Shown here: piece by piece, positions 49,350 to 64,000 of the stretch
Numbering within the stretch: position 1 is the stretch's first letter
Layout: every line of letters begins with the position of its first letter
From: Balanoglossus misakiensis
Lineage: Eukaryota; Animalia; Hemichordata
Assembly (NCBI GenBank): GCA_040954595.2
Contig: CM082580.2
Coordinates: forward strand, 1,168,783 to 1,232,782
DNA: 64,000 nt
Direction of reading: 5' to 3'
The notes under the pieces: model-generated
What the model saw: the letters and a program-made list of their open reading frames with translations, nothing else
Database searches by the model: none
What the model was told of the DNA's origin: nothing
Position numbers and translations under genes: made by a program

Positions 49350-49692
49350 TGTAATGATATCAATATAATATTTATTACTTATATAGCACATTACACAATA
49401 AATCTCAATGTGCTGCTTCAAAGTGTTTCCCATGGTAATTTGACCTAGGTCGGTGGACCTAAAATATTCCATCCCACTCCATGGGGAGCAAACAACAGCT
49501 CACATGTGCAGCTTTTATATCAGCACAGCAGACCTAAACATACTCATTACAATATCGGATCCACCAAATTACCTTTTCTTATGGGCGGGGAGAGGCAAGG
49601 AGATGTAAACACCACAACACCACAACCATGCCAGGGATCAAACCCTTGATTCTTTGATTATGGGTCTGATGCTCTAACGACTGGACTATGAC
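49350..49692 (-). mobile_element. tRNA-derived SINE (paralog of 31262-31617)
   Basis: Same sequence and same flank, with a small internal deletion. Confidence 0.7.
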
Positions 49693-50654
49693 TTTATGTG
49701 GCACAATGACCTTTCCATTTAGTGCCTTGTTCAGCTCTCAGTCAGGGTTTAAGCAAATATGGAAACATGCATATTAGGCTCTTTGAATTTCCAAAAATTC
49801 AGTGTGTCAGCTCCCATTTCCCAAGACCAGTTCCCGTGCTAAATAAAAGTGCTGTGTGTGGCATAATCATTTTTCCGTCTGCTGTGACATTTGTCTCCCT
49901 GTGAGACTTTAAGTAAATGTGGAGACACGCAAATTAGGCAATCCCATATATCCCATACATAATTCAGTGTGTTTTGTTCACATTTTTGGTTTTTATTTTG
50001 AAAATGAACAAAGGAGTTTCCTATCATTGAGCAACTCACTCCATTAACAGTTGCTCGATATGCAGGCTAACTTGCTAGATCACTAAAGACTTAAAGCATG
50101 TTGAGGTTGGTGCCCCAAACCCTCTTGAAGACAACTGGTTGCTAACGATTGCCAATTAGGCAATTTGGATATTCTACACATAACACAGTTTGTCAACTTT
50201 GAGAATACTGTTCTCAATACTATTTCCCATGCTTAATAGAAGTGTTGAGTAACAGTATGTGGTAGAATGGCATTCCTATACGTTGCCTTCTTTTGCTCAT
50301 TATCACGGTTTCAGTAAATTTAGAGACACGCAAGTTTAGCAGCTTGAATTTTTCATAACACAGTTTTGAGCTCCGAGAACACAGTTCTCATGAACATTTC
50401 CCATGCTCCATAAAAGTGTTGTGTATGTCTTACAATGATCTTTCCATACGCTGCCTTGTATAGCTGCTGTTAATAATTCAAGTTAATGTGGAGACGTATT
50501 AGGCAACATCAACGTCCCATACATAACACAGTTTGTAGGTATGAATACATCCAAAATACCCAACTTTAATTTTCCTTAAAGAATTGGTCAGCTCTGCAAA
50601 TATATTTCACCTGACCACTTCCTTAGCTAAGTAAGAGTGTTGTTTATGTAATAT

Positions 50655-51288
50655 TATCATACATGCAACGCCTGTATTTAACACTTTCTATTGTTCTCGC
50701 CCCGAAGATATTTTACGGTATTTCACAATGTGAAAATATCGCGTCCACGTCTCGGCGTGACAGTTCACTGCGCGCGCGAGCGACACACGGGGCATAGTGG
50801 AGAGGGGTGTTGTAAAATTCGGTTATTAGAAGCTGTAATAAAGTTTTCAAAGCTGGCGGTTTTGTCATGTTGAATGCATCATTTTTAGTTCTTCGAAATT
50901 CTCAATGCAAAATAATTGTTAACATGATATTTTGAAAGAGAACGTAGACAATTTTATTTAGAATGTGGATGTGCCCATCGTAATGAAAGCTGCCAACCCC
51001 CTTAAAATGATACTACGGCCCACACGTCATACGTCACAACATGGCTACTGCCGTGATCCCAGCGCCCGGTTCAAATTTGAAATTATTTTTCTCGGCGCAT
51101 TTCTGCAAATCGTACTGTTTTATAGGTAGGCATGTATGATAAAGAGGTTATTACACGAATTTTGGTCGATAACGCGACGCATTCTCGTGATGTCTGTATT
51201 TTGACTCGTTGCGAAGCGCAACTCATCAAAATACGGACATCACTCGAATACGACGCGTTATCGACCAAAATTCGTGTAATAACCCCTA
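50655..51288. mobile_element. Palindrome-tailed non-autonomous element (Crypton-like)
   Basis: Absent from paralogous blocks (tatgtaataatattaatata is uninterrupted at ~34705 and ~48643). Hairpin at 51146-51284, ggttattacacgaattttggtcgataacgcg...cgcgttatcgaccaaaattcgtgtaataacc. Confidence 0.65.
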
Positions 51289-51419
51289 AATATTAATATA
51301 ATATTTATAACTTATGTAGCACATTAAATCTCAACATGCTTTAAAGTTGTCCCATGGTAATTTGACCTAGGTCGTTGGACCTTACTATTCCATTCAACTC
51401 CCTGGGGAGCAAACAACAT

Positions 51420-54400
51420 CTCACCATCATTAGAAATGTCAAATTACAGTGCTTTTGGCCACGTATTAACCTGGGGATTTACAATCAACTTTAAATCCAC
51501 ATATGCACCATATTCCAATGTCAATGTGAAGGGCTTGAAATACCATCTACCCTGATGCATCATCAAGTTTGTTTCGACAACTTTAAATCCCCTTCAGCAA
51601 GCATTTTATACCCATGTCAAAGTGCAGAGCTTGCATCACCATCTATCCTGATGCATCATCAAGCTGCTTCGCCATTTGCCCTGATGCAAAGAATCAGATA
51701 TAGTGTCACCATTGCATTAGCAATGTCAAATTACAGTGCTTTTGGCCAGGTATTAACCTGGGGATTTACAATCAACTTTAAATCCCCATATGCACTATAT
51801 TCCAATGTCAATGTGAAGGGCTTGAAATACCATCTACCCTGATGCATCATCGAGTTTGTTTCGACAACTTTAAATCCCCCTCAGCAAGCATTTTATACCC
51901 ATGTCAAAGTGCAGAGCTTGCATCACCATCTATCCTGATGCATCATCAAGCTGCTTCGCCATTTGCCCTGATGCAAAGAATCAGATATAGTGTCACCATT
52001 GCATTAGCAATGTCAAATTACACTGCTTTTGGCCATGTATTAACATCGGGATTTATAATCAACTTGAAATCCCCATATGCTTTTTATACCCATGTCAAAG
52101 CGAAGTGTTTGCATCACTATCTACAGTAATGCATCGTCAAGCATGCTTCGCCATTTGCCGTAATGCAAAGAATCAGATTCAATGTCACCATTGCATTCGC
52201 AATGTCAAATTACTGTGCTTTTGGCCACATATTAACCTGGCGATTTACAGTCAACTTTAAACATCAGTGCATATGCATTAAATACACATGTCAAAGTGCA
52301 GTGTCTCCATCACCATTGATCCTGATGCATCATCAAGCATGCTTCGTTATATGCCCTGGTGCAAAGAATCAGATTTAGTATCACAGTAGCATTAGCCATG
52401 TCAAATTACAGTGCTTTTGGCTATGTATTAACCTAGGGATTTACACTCAACTTTAAATCCCCATATGCATTATATGCCAATGTCAATGTGAAGGGCTTGA
52501 AATACCATCTACCCTGATGCATCATCAAGTTTGTTTCGCCATTAACCCTGATGCAAATAATCAGTGTCACCATAGCATTAGCAATGTCAATTTACTGAGC
52601 GTTTGGCCATGTAGTAACTTGGGGGTTTACAATCAACTTTAAATCCCCATATGCATTATATTGCAATGTTAACTTGAACGGCTTGAAACACCATCTATAC
52701 TGATGCATCATCAAGCTTTCTTTACAATTTACCCTGATGCAAAGAATCAGATTTAGTGTCGCCATAGCATTAGCAATGGCAAATAAAAGTGTTTTCGGCC
52801 ACATATTAACCCAGGGATTTATAATCAACTTGAAATCCCCATATGAATTTTATACCCATGTCAAAGCGAAGTGCTTGCATCAATATCTACCGTGATGCAT
52901 CATCAAGCTTGCTTCGCCATTTGCCCTAATGCAAAGAATCAGATTCAATGTCACTGTAGCATTAGCAATGTCAAATTACAGTTCGTTTGGCCGTATACTA
53001 ACCTGGGGATTTACAATCAACTTTAAATCCCCATATGCATTATATTCTAATGTCAATGTGAAGGGCTTGAAACACCATCTATCCTGATGCATCATCAAGC
53101 TTGCTTCACCATTTTCCCTGATGCAAAGAATCAGATTTAGTGTCACGGTAGCATTAGCAAATCCCCATATGCATTTAACACCCACGTCAAAGTGAAGTGT
53201 TTGCATCCCTATCTACCGTGATGCATCATCAAGCTTGCATCGCCATTTACCCTGATGCAAAGAATCAGATTCAATATCATCGTTGCATTAGCAATGTCAA
53301 ATTACAGTGCTTATGGCCACGTATTAACCTGGGAATTTACAGACAACTTTAAATACCCATGCATATGCATTAAATACCTATGTCAAAGTGCAGAGCTTGC
53401 ATCACCATCTATCCTGATGCATCATCAAGCTGCTTCGCCATTTGCCCTGATGCAAAGAATCACATTCAATGTCACCATTGCATTAGCAATTTTAAATTAC
53501 AGTGTTTTTGGCCATGTATTAACCTAGGGATTTGCAATTAACTTTAAATCCCCATATGCGTCATATTCCAATGTCAAGTGAAGGGCTTGAAACACCATCT
53601 ATCCTGATGCATCATCAAGCTTGCTTCACAATTTACCCTGATGCAAAAAAATCACATTCAGCGTCACCATTTCATTAGCAATGTCAAATTACAGTGATTA
53701 TGGCCACGTATTAACCTGGGGATTTACAATCAACTTTAAATCCCCATATGCGTTATATTCCAATGTCAATGTGAAGGGCTTGAAATACCATCTACCCTGA
53801 TCCATCATCAAGCTGCTTCCCCATTTGCCCTGATGCAAAGAATCAGATATAATGTCAACATGGCATTAGCAATGTCAAATTACAGTGCTTTTGGACACGT
53901 ATTAACACAGGGATTTATAATCTACTTGAAATCCCTATATGCTTTTTATACCCATGTCTAAGCGAAGTGTTTGCATCACTATCTACTGTGATGCATCATC
54001 AAGCATGCTTCGCCATTTACGCTGATGCAAAGAATCAGATTCAATGTCACCATTGCATTAGCAATGTCAAATTACAGTGCTTTTGGCCATGTATAAACAT
54101 CGGGATTTATTATCAACTTGAAATCCCCATATGCTTTTTATACCCATGTCAAAGCGAAGTGTTTGCATCACTATCTACAGTAATGCATCGTCAAGCATGC
54201 TTCGCCATTTGCCCTAATGCAAAGAATCACATTAAATGTCACTGTTGCATTCGCAATGTCAAATTACTGTGCTTTTGGCCACGTATTAACCTGGCGATTT
54301 ACAGTCAACTTTAAATCCCCATATGCATTATATTCCAATGTCAATGTGAAGGGCTTGAAAAACCATCTACCCTGATGCATCATCAAGTTTGTTTCGCCAT

Positions 54401-57400
54401 TAACCCTGATGCAAATAATCAGTGTCACCATAGCATTAGCAATGGCAAATAAAAGTGCTTTCGGCCACATATTAACCCAGGGATTTATAATCAACTTGAA
54501 ATCCCCATATGAATTTTATACCTATGTCAAAGCGAAGTGCTTGCATCAATATCTACCGTGATGCATCATCAAGCTTGCTTCGCCATTTGCCCTAATGCAA
54601 AGAATCAGATTCAATGTCACTGTAGCATTAGCAATGTCAAATTACAGTTCGTTTGGCCGTTTACTAACCTGGGGATTTACAATCAACTTTAAATCCCCAT
54701 ATGCATTATATTCTAATGTCAATGTGAAGGGCTTGAAATACCATCTACCCTGATGCATCATCAAGTTTGTTTCGACAACTTTAAATCCCCTTCAGCAAGC
54801 ATTTTATACCCATGTCAAAGTGCAGAGCTTGCATCACCATCTATCCTGATGCATCATCAAGCTGCTTCGCCATTTGCCCTGATGCAAAGAATCAGATATA
54901 GTGTCACCATTGCATTAGCAATGTCAAATTACAGTGCTTTTGGCCAGGTATTAACCTGGGGATTTACAATCAACTTTAAATCCCCATATGCACTATATTC
55001 CAATGTCAATGTGAAGGGCTTGAAATACCATCTACCCTGATGCATCATCGAGTTTGTTTCGACAACTTTAAATCCCCCTCAGCAAGCATTTTATACCCAT
55101 GTCAAAGTGCAGAGCTTGCATCACCATCTATCCTGATGCATCATCAAGCTGCTTCGCCATTTGCCCTGATGCAAAGAATCAGATATAGTGTCACCATTGC
55201 ATTAGCAATGTCAAATTACACTGCTTTTGGCCATGTATTAACATCGGGATTTATAATCAACTTGAAATCCCCATATGCTTTTTATACCCATGTCAAAGCG
55301 AAGTGTTTGCATCACTATCTACAGTAATGCATCGTCAAGCATGCTTCGCCATTTGCCGTAATGCAAAGAATCAGATTCAATGTCACCATTGCATTCGCAA
55401 TGTCAAATTACTGTGCTTTTGGCCACATATTAACCTGGCGATTTACAGTCAACTTTAAACATCAGTGCATATGCATTAAATACACATGTCAAAGTGCAGT
55501 GTCTCCATCACCATTGATCCTGATGCATCATCAAGCATGCTTCGTTATATGCCCTGGTGCAAAGAATCAGATTTAGTATCACAGTAGCATTAGCCATGTC
55601 AAATTACAGTGCTTTTGGCTATGTATTAACCTAGGGATTTACACTCAACTTTAAATCCCCATATGCATTATATGCCAATGTCAATGTGAAGGGCTTGAAA
55701 TACCATCTACCCTGATGCATCATCAAGTTTGTTTCGCCATTAACCCTGATGCAAATAATCAGTGTCACCATAGCATTAGCAATGTCAATTTACTGAGCGT
55801 TTGGCCATGTAGTAACTTGGGGGTTTACAATCAACTTTAAATCCCCATATGCATTATATTGCAATGTTAACTTGAACGGCTTGAAACACCATCTATACTG
55901 ATGCATCATCAAGCTTTCTTTACAATTTACCCTGATGCAAAGAATCAGATTTAGTGTCGCCATAGCATTAGCAATGGCAAATAAAAGTGTTTTCGGCCAC
56001 ATATTAACCCAGGGATTTATAATCAACTTGAAATCCCCATATGAATTTTATACCCATGTCAAAGCGAAGTGCTTGCATCAATATCTACCGTGATGCATCA
56101 TCAAGCTTGCTTCGCCATTTGCCCTAATGCAAAGAATCAGATTCAATGTCACTGTAGCATTAGCAATGTCAAATTACAGTTCGTTTGGCCGTATACTAAC
56201 CTGGGGATTTACAATCAACTTTAAATCCCCATATGCATTATATTCTAATGTCAATGTGAAGGGCTTGAAACACCATCTATCCTGATGCATCATCAAGCTT
56301 GCTTCACCATTTTCCCTGATGCAAAGAATCAGATTTAGTGTCACGGTAGCATTAGCAAATCCCCATATGCATTTAACACCCACGTCAAAGTGAAGTGTTT
56401 GCATCCCTATCTACCGTGATGCATCATCAAGCTTGCATCGCCATTTACCCTGATGCAAAGAATCAGATTCAATATCATCGTTGCATTAGCAATGTCAAAT
56501 TACAGTGCTTATGGCCACGTATTAACCTGGGAATTTACAGACAACTTTAAATACCCATGCATATGCATTAAATACCTATGTCAAAGTGCAGAGCTTGCAT
56601 CACCATCTATCCTGATGCATCATCAAGCTGCTTCGCCATTTGCCCTGATGCAAAGAATCACATTCAATGTCACCATTGCATTAGCAATTTTAAATTACAG
56701 TGTTTTTGGCCATGTATTAACCTAGGGATTTGCAATTAACTTTAAATCCCCATATGCGTCATATTCCAATGTCAAGTGAAGGGCTTGAAACACCATCTAT
56801 CCTGATGCATCATCAAGCTTGCTTCACAATTTACCCTGATGCAAAAAAATCACATTCAGCGTCACCATTTCATTAGCAATGTCAAATTACAGTGATTATG
56901 GCCACGTATTAACCTGGGGATTTACAATCAACTTTAAATCCCCATATGCGTTATATTCCAATGTCAATGTGAAGGGCTTGAAATACCATCTACCCTGATC
57001 CATCATCAAGCTGCTTCCCCATTTGCCCTGATGCAAAGAATCAGATATAATGTCAACATGGCATTAGCAATGTCAAATTACAGTGCTTTTGGACACGTAT
57101 TAACACAGGGATTTATAATCTACTTGAAATCCCTATATGCTTTTTATACCCATGTCTAAGCGAAGTGTTTGCATCACTATCTACTGTGATGCATCATCAA
57201 GCATGCTTCGCCATTTACGCTGATGCAAAGAATCAGATTCAATGTCACCATTGCATTAGCAATGTCAAATTACAGTGCTTTTGGCCATGTATAAACATCG
57301 GGATTTATTATCAACTTGAAATCCCCATATGCTTTTTATACCCATGTCAAAGCGAAGTGTTTGCATCACTATCTACAGTAATGCATCGTCAAGCATGCTT

Positions 57401-60400
57401 CGCCATTTGCCCTAATGCAAAGAATCACATTAAATGTCACTGTTGCATTCGCAATGTCAAATTACTGTGCTTTTGGCCACGTATTAACCTGGCGATTTAC
57501 AGTCAACTTTAAATCCCCATATGCATTATATTCCAATGTCAATGTGAAGGGCTTGAAAAACCATCTACCCTGATGCATCATCAAGTTTGTTTCGCCATTA
57601 ACCCTGATGCAAATAATCAGTGTCACCATAGCATTAGCAATGGCAAATAAAAGTGCTTTCGGCCACATATTAACCCAGGGATTTATAATCAACTTGAAAT
57701 CCCCATATGAATTTTATACCTATGTCAAAGCGAAGTGCTTGCATCAATATCTACCGTGATGCATCATCAAGCTTGCTTCGCCATTTGCCCTAATGCAAAG
57801 AATCAGATTCAATGTCACTGTAGCATTAGCAATGTCAAATTACAGTTCGTTTGGCCGTTTACTAACCTGGGGATTTACAATCAACTTTAAATCCCCATAT
57901 GCATTATATTCTAATGTCAATGTGAAGGGCTTGAAACACCATCTATCCTGATGCATCATCAAGCTTGCTTCATCATTTTCCCTGATGCAAAGAATCAGAT
58001 TTAGTATCACGGTAGCATTAGCAATGTCAAATTACAGTGCCTATGGCCACGTATTAACCTCGGGATGTACGGACAACTTTAAATACCCTTGCATATACAT
58101 TTAATACCTATGTCAAAATGCAGAGCTTGCATCACCATCTACTCTGATGCACCATTAGGCTTGCTACGCCATTTCCCCTAATGCAAAGAATCACATTCAA
58201 TGTCACCATTGCTTTTGGCCATGTATTAACCTGGGGATTTATAATCAACTTTAAATCCCCGTATGCGTTATATTCCAATGTCAATGTGAAGGGCTTGAAA
58301 CCTGGGGATTTACAGTCAACTTTTAATCCCCCTGTATACATTTTAAACCCCGGTGTCAAAGTTTAGTGATTGCATCATCATTGACCCTGGTGCATCATCA
58401 AGCATTCTTCAGAATTTGCCCTGATGCAAAGAATCAGATTCAATATCACCCTTGCATTAGCAATTTTAAATTACAGTGCTTTTGGACATGTATTAACCTG
58501 GGGATTTACAGTCAACATTAAATACCCATGCATAGGCATTAAATACCTATGTCACAATGCATAGCTTGCATCACCATCTACTCTGATGCACCATTATGCT
58601 CGCTACGCCATTTCCCCTAATGCAAAGAATGACATTCAATGTCACCATTGCATTTGCAATTGTAAATTACAGTGCTTTTGGCCATGTATTAACCTAGGGA
58701 TTTTCAATCAACTTTAAATCCCCATATGCGTTATATTCCATTGTCAATGTGAAGGGCTTGAAACACCATCTGTCCTGATGCATCATCAAGCTTGCTTCAC
58801 AATTTACCCCGATGGAAAGAATCAGATTTAATGTCACGGTAGCATTAGCAATGTCAAACTACAGTGCTTATGGCCACGTATCAACCTGGGGATTTACAAT
58901 CAACTTTAAATCCCCATATGCGTTATATTCCAATGTCAATGTGAAGGGCTTGAAATACCATCTACCCTGATGCATCATCAAGTTTGTTTTGACAACTTTA
59001 AATCCCCCTCAGCATGCATTTAATCCCCATGTCAAAGTGCAGAGCTTGCATCACCATCTATCCTGATGCATCATCAAGCTGCTTCGCCATTTGCCCTGAT
59101 GCAAAGAATCAGATATAGTGTCACCATTGCATAAGCAATGTCAAATTACAGTGCTTTTGGACACGTATTAACACAGGGATTTATAATCTATTTGAAATCC
59201 CTATATGCTTTTTATACCCATGTCTAAGCGAAGTGTTTGCATCACTATCTACTGTGATGCATCGTCAAGCATGCTTCGCCATTTGCCTTAATGCAAAGAA
59301 TCAGATTAAATGTCACTGTTGCATTCGCAATGTCAAATTACTGTGCTTTTGGCCACGTATTAACCTGGCGATTTACAGTCAACTTTAAACATCTGTGCAT
59401 ATGCATTAAATACGCATGTCAAAGTGCAGTGTCTCCATCACCATTGATCCTGATGCATCACCAAGCATGCTTCGCTATATGCCCTGATGCAAAGAATCAG
59501 ATTTAGTATCACAGTAGCATTAGCCATGTCAAATTACAGTGCTTTTGGCTATGTATTAACCTGGGGATTTACAATCAACTTTAAATCCCCATATGCATTA
59601 TATTCCAATGTCAATGTGAAGGGCTTGAAATACCATCTACCCTGATGCATCATCAAGTTTGTTTCGCCATTAACCCTGATGCAAATAATCAGTGTCACCA
59701 TAGCATCAGCTATGTCAAATTACTGAGCATTTGGCCATGTATTAACTTGCGGGTTTACAATCAACTTCAAATCCCCATATGCATTATATTGCAATGTTAA
59801 CTTGAACGGCTTGAAACACCATCTATACTGATGCATCATCAAGCTTTCTTCACAATTTACCCTGATGCAAAGAATCAGATTTAGTGTCGCCATAGCATTA
59901 GCAATGGCAAATAAAAGTGCTTTCGGCCACATATTAACCCAGGGATTTATAATCAACTTGAAATCCCTATATGAATTTTATACCTATGTCAAAGCGAAGT
60001 GCTTGCATCAATATCTACCGTGATGCATCATCAAGCTTGCTTCGCCATTTGCCCTAATGCAAAGAATCAGATTCAATGTCACTGTTGCATTAGCAATGTC
60101 AAATTATAGTGCGTTTGGCCGTATACTAACCTGGGGATTTACAATCAACTTTAAATCCCCATATGCATTATATTCTAATATCAATGTGAAGGGCTTGAAA
60201 CACCATCTATCATGATGCATCATCAAGCTTGCTTCACCATTTTCCCTGATGCAAAAAATCAGATTTAGTGTCATGGTAGCATTAGCAAATCCCCATATGC
60301 ATTTGATACCCATGTCAAAGTGAAGTGTTTGCATCACTATCTACCGTGATGCATCATCAAGCTTGCATCGCCATTCACCCTTATGCAAAGAATCAGATTC

Positions 60401-63400
60401 AATGTCACCGTTGCATTAGCAATGTCAAATTACAGTGCTTATGGCCACGTATTAACCTGAGGATTTACAGTCAACATTAAATACCCATGCATATCCATTA
60501 AATACCTATGTCAAAGTGCAGAGCTTGCATCACCATTTACTCTGATGCACCATTAGGCTTGCTACGCCATTTCCCCTAATGCAAAGAATCACATTCAATG
60601 TCACCATTGCATTAGCAATTTTAAATTACAGTGTTTTTGGCCATGTATTAACCTATGGATTTGCAATTAACTTTAAATCCCCATATGCGTTATATTCCAA
60701 TGTCAAGTGAAGGGCTTGAAACACCATCTATCCTGATGCATCATCAAGCTTGCTTCACAATTTACCCTGATGCAAAAAATCACATTCAGCGTCACCATTT
60801 CATTAGCAATGTCAAATTACAGTGCTTATTGCCACGTATTAACCTGGGAATTTACAGACAACTTTAAATACCCATGCATATACATTAAATACCTATGTCA
60901 AAGTGCAGAGCTTGCATCACCATTTACTCTGATGCACCATTAGGCTTGCTACGCCATTTCCCCTAATGCAAAGAATCACATTCAATGTCACCATTGCATT
61001 AGCAATTTTAAATTACAGTGTTTTTGGCCATGTATTAACCTATGGATTTGCAATTAACTTTAAATCCCCATATGCGTTATATTCCAATGTCAAGTGAAGG
61101 GCTTGAAACACCATCTATCCTGATGCATCATCAAGCTTGCTTCACAATTTACCCTGATGCAAAAAATCACATTCAGCGTCACCATTTCATTAGCAATGTC
61201 AAATTACAGTGCTAATTGCCACGTATTAACCTGGGAATTTACAGACAACTTTAAATACCCATGCATATACATTAAATACCTATGTCAAAGTGCAGAGCTT
61301 GCATCACCATCTACTCTGATGCATCATTAGGTTTGCATCGCCATTCCCCCTAATGCAAAGAATCAGATTCAATGTCACCCTTGCATTAGCAATTTTAAAT
61401 TACAGTGCTTTTGGACATGTATTAACCTAGGGATTTCCAATCAACTTTAAATCCCCATATGCGTTATATTCCATTGTCAATGTGAAGGGCTTGAAACACC
61501 ATCTGTCCTGATGCATCATCAAGCTTGCTTCACAATTTACCTTGATGCAAAGAATCAGATTTAGTATCACGGTAGCATTAGCAATGTCAAATTACAGTGA
61601 TTATGGCCACGTATTAACCTGGGGATTTACAGACAACTTTAAATACCCATGCATATACATTTAATACCTATGTCAAAATGCAGAGCTTGCATCACCATAT
61701 ACTCCGATGCATTATTAAGCTTGCTTCACCATTTGCCCTGATGCAAAGAATCAGTTTAAATGTCACCGTTGTATTATCAATGTCAAATTACGGTGCTTTT
61801 GGACTTGTATTAACCTGGGGATTTACAGTCAACTTTTAATCCCCCTGTATACATTTTAAACCCCGGTGTCAAAGTTTAGTGATTGCATCACCATTGACCC
61901 TGGTGCATCATCAAGCATTCTTCAGAATTTGCCCTGATGCAAAGAATCAGATTCAATATCACCCTTGCATTAGCAATTTTAAATTACAGTGCTTTTGGAC
62001 ATGTGTTAACCTGGGGATTTACAGTCAACATTAAATACCCATGCATAGGCATTAAATACCTATGTCACAATGCATAGCTTACATCACCATCTACTCTGAT
62101 GCACCATTATGCTCGCTACGCCATTTCCCCTAATGCAAAGAATGACATTCAATGTCACCATTGCATTTGCAATTGTAAATTACAGTGCTTTTGGCCATGT
62201 ATTAACCTAGGGATTTTCAATCAACTTTAAATCCCCATATGCGTTATATTCCATTGTCAATGTGAAGGGCTTGAAACACCATCTGTCCTGATGCATCATC
62301 AAGCTTGCTTCACAATTTACCCCGATGGAAAGAATCAGATTTAATGTCATGGTAGCATTAGCAATGTCAAACTACAGTGCTTATGGCCACGTATCAACCT
62401 GGGGATTTACAATCAACTTTAAATCCCCATATGCGTTATATTCCAATGTCAATGTGAAGGGCTTGAAATACCATCTACCCTGATGCATCATCAAGTTTGT
62501 TTTGACAACTTTAAATCCCCCTCAGCATGCATTTAATCCCCATGTCAAAGTGCAGAGCTTGCATCACCATCTATCCTGATGCATCATCAAGCTGCTTCGC
62601 CATTTGCCCTGATGCAAAGAATCAGATATAGTGTCACCATTGCATAAGCAATGTCAAATTACAGTGCTTTTGGACACGTATTAACACAGGGATTTATAAT
62701 CTATTTGAAATCCCTATATGCTTTTTATACCCATGTCTAAGCGAAGTGTTTGCATCACTATCTACTGTGATGCATCGTCAAGCATGCTTCGCCATTTGCC
62801 TTAATGCAAAGAATCAGATTAAATGTCACTGTTGCATTCGCAATGTCAAATTACTGTGCTTTTGGCCACGTATTAACCTGGCGATTTACAGTCAACTTTA
62901 AACATCTGTGCATATGCATTAAATACGCATGTCAAAGTGCAGTGTCTCCATCACCATTGATCCTGATGCATCACCAAGCATGCTTCGCTATATGCCCTGA
63001 TGCAAAGAATCAGATTTAGTATCACAGTAGCATTAGCCATGTCAAATTACAGTGCTTTTGGCTATGTATTAACCTGGGGATTTACAATCAACTTTAAATC
63101 CCCATATGCATTATATTCCAATGTCAATGTGAAGGGCTTGAAATACCATCTACCCTGATGCATCATCAAGTTTGTTTCGCCATTAACCCTGATGCAAATA
63201 ATCAGTGTCACCATAGCATCAGCAATGTCAAATTACTGAGCATTTGGCCATGTATTAACTTGCGGGTTTACAATCAACTTCAAATCCCCATATGCATTAT
63301 ATTGCAATGTTAACTTGAACGGCTTGAAACACCATCTATACTGATGCATCATCAAGCTTTCTTCACAATTTACCCTGATGCAAAGAATCAGATTTAGTGT

Positions 63401-64000
63401 CGCCATAGCATTAGCAATGGCAAATAAAAGTGCTTTCGGCCACATATTAACCCAGGGATTTATAATCAACTTGAAATCCCTATATGAATTTTATACCTAT
63501 GTCAAAGCGAAGTGCTTGCATCAATATCTACCGTGATGCATCATCAAGCTTGCTTCGCCATTTGCCCTAATGCAAAGAATCAGATTCAATGTCACTGTTG
63601 CATTAGCAATGTCAAATTATAGTGCGTTTGGCCGTATACTAACCTGGGGATTTACAATCAACTTTAAATCCCCATATGCATTATATTCTAATGTCAATGT
63701 GAAGGGCTTGAAACACCATCTATCATGATGCATCATCAAGCTTGCTTCACCATTTTCCCTAATGCAAAAAATCAGATTTAGTGTCATGGTAGCATTAGCA
63801 AATCCCTATATGCATTTGATACCCATGTCAAAGTGAAGTGTTTGCATCACTATCTACCGTGATGCATCATCAAGCTTGCATCGCCATTCACCCTTATACA
63901 AAGAATCAGATTCAATGTCACCGTTGCATTAGCAATGTCAAATTACAGTGCTTATGGCCACGTATTAACCTGAGGATTTACAGTCAACATTAAATACCCA
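51420..64000 (+). repeat. Satellite 2, ~192-bp monomer with higher-order repeats
   Basis: tgatgcatc recurs at 52893/53085 and 53989/54181 (period 192). Blocks repeat at offsets 3198 and 3513. The array runs off the window. Confidence 0.97.

Noticed and set aside
51555-63469. Repeated ORFs in satellite 2, and a possible CRISPR-like array
   Set aside because: Whole monomers are homologous, with no unique spacers and no cas genes; the ORFs are satellite translations.

Overview
Eukaryotic (animal, probably marine invertebrate; GT-AG introns, AT-rich) repeat-dense DNA with no recognisable host gene. Two satellite arrays bracket the window: a ~79-bp satellite at 1-10560 with a strand inversion at 3708/3709, and a ~192-bp satellite at ~51420-64000 with 3198-bp and 3513-bp higher-order repeats. 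Between them lies a nest of transposons: two non-autonomous Academ-type elements, a decayed Gmr1-like LTR retrotransposon (integrase before RT), a young Mag-like Ty3/gypsy element with apparently identical LTRs, a multi-exon Kolobok transposase with related MITEs, tRNA-derived SINEs and kb-scale segmental duplications. The most striking object is a 5.5-kb DNA transposon (19248-24723) inserted into the Gmr1 pol gene. It has CAC...GTG termini, a 3-bp TSD, bipartite RSS-like ends (CACTRCRG + 18-nt unconserved spacer + TGGGCAGTATT), a spliced transposase with RAG1/Transib/Chapaev-like core motifs, and an intact convergent orphan second gene. This is the RAG1-RAG2-transposon layout, but the partner is not RAG2. 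All family assignments come from reading motifs by eye; no searches were run.
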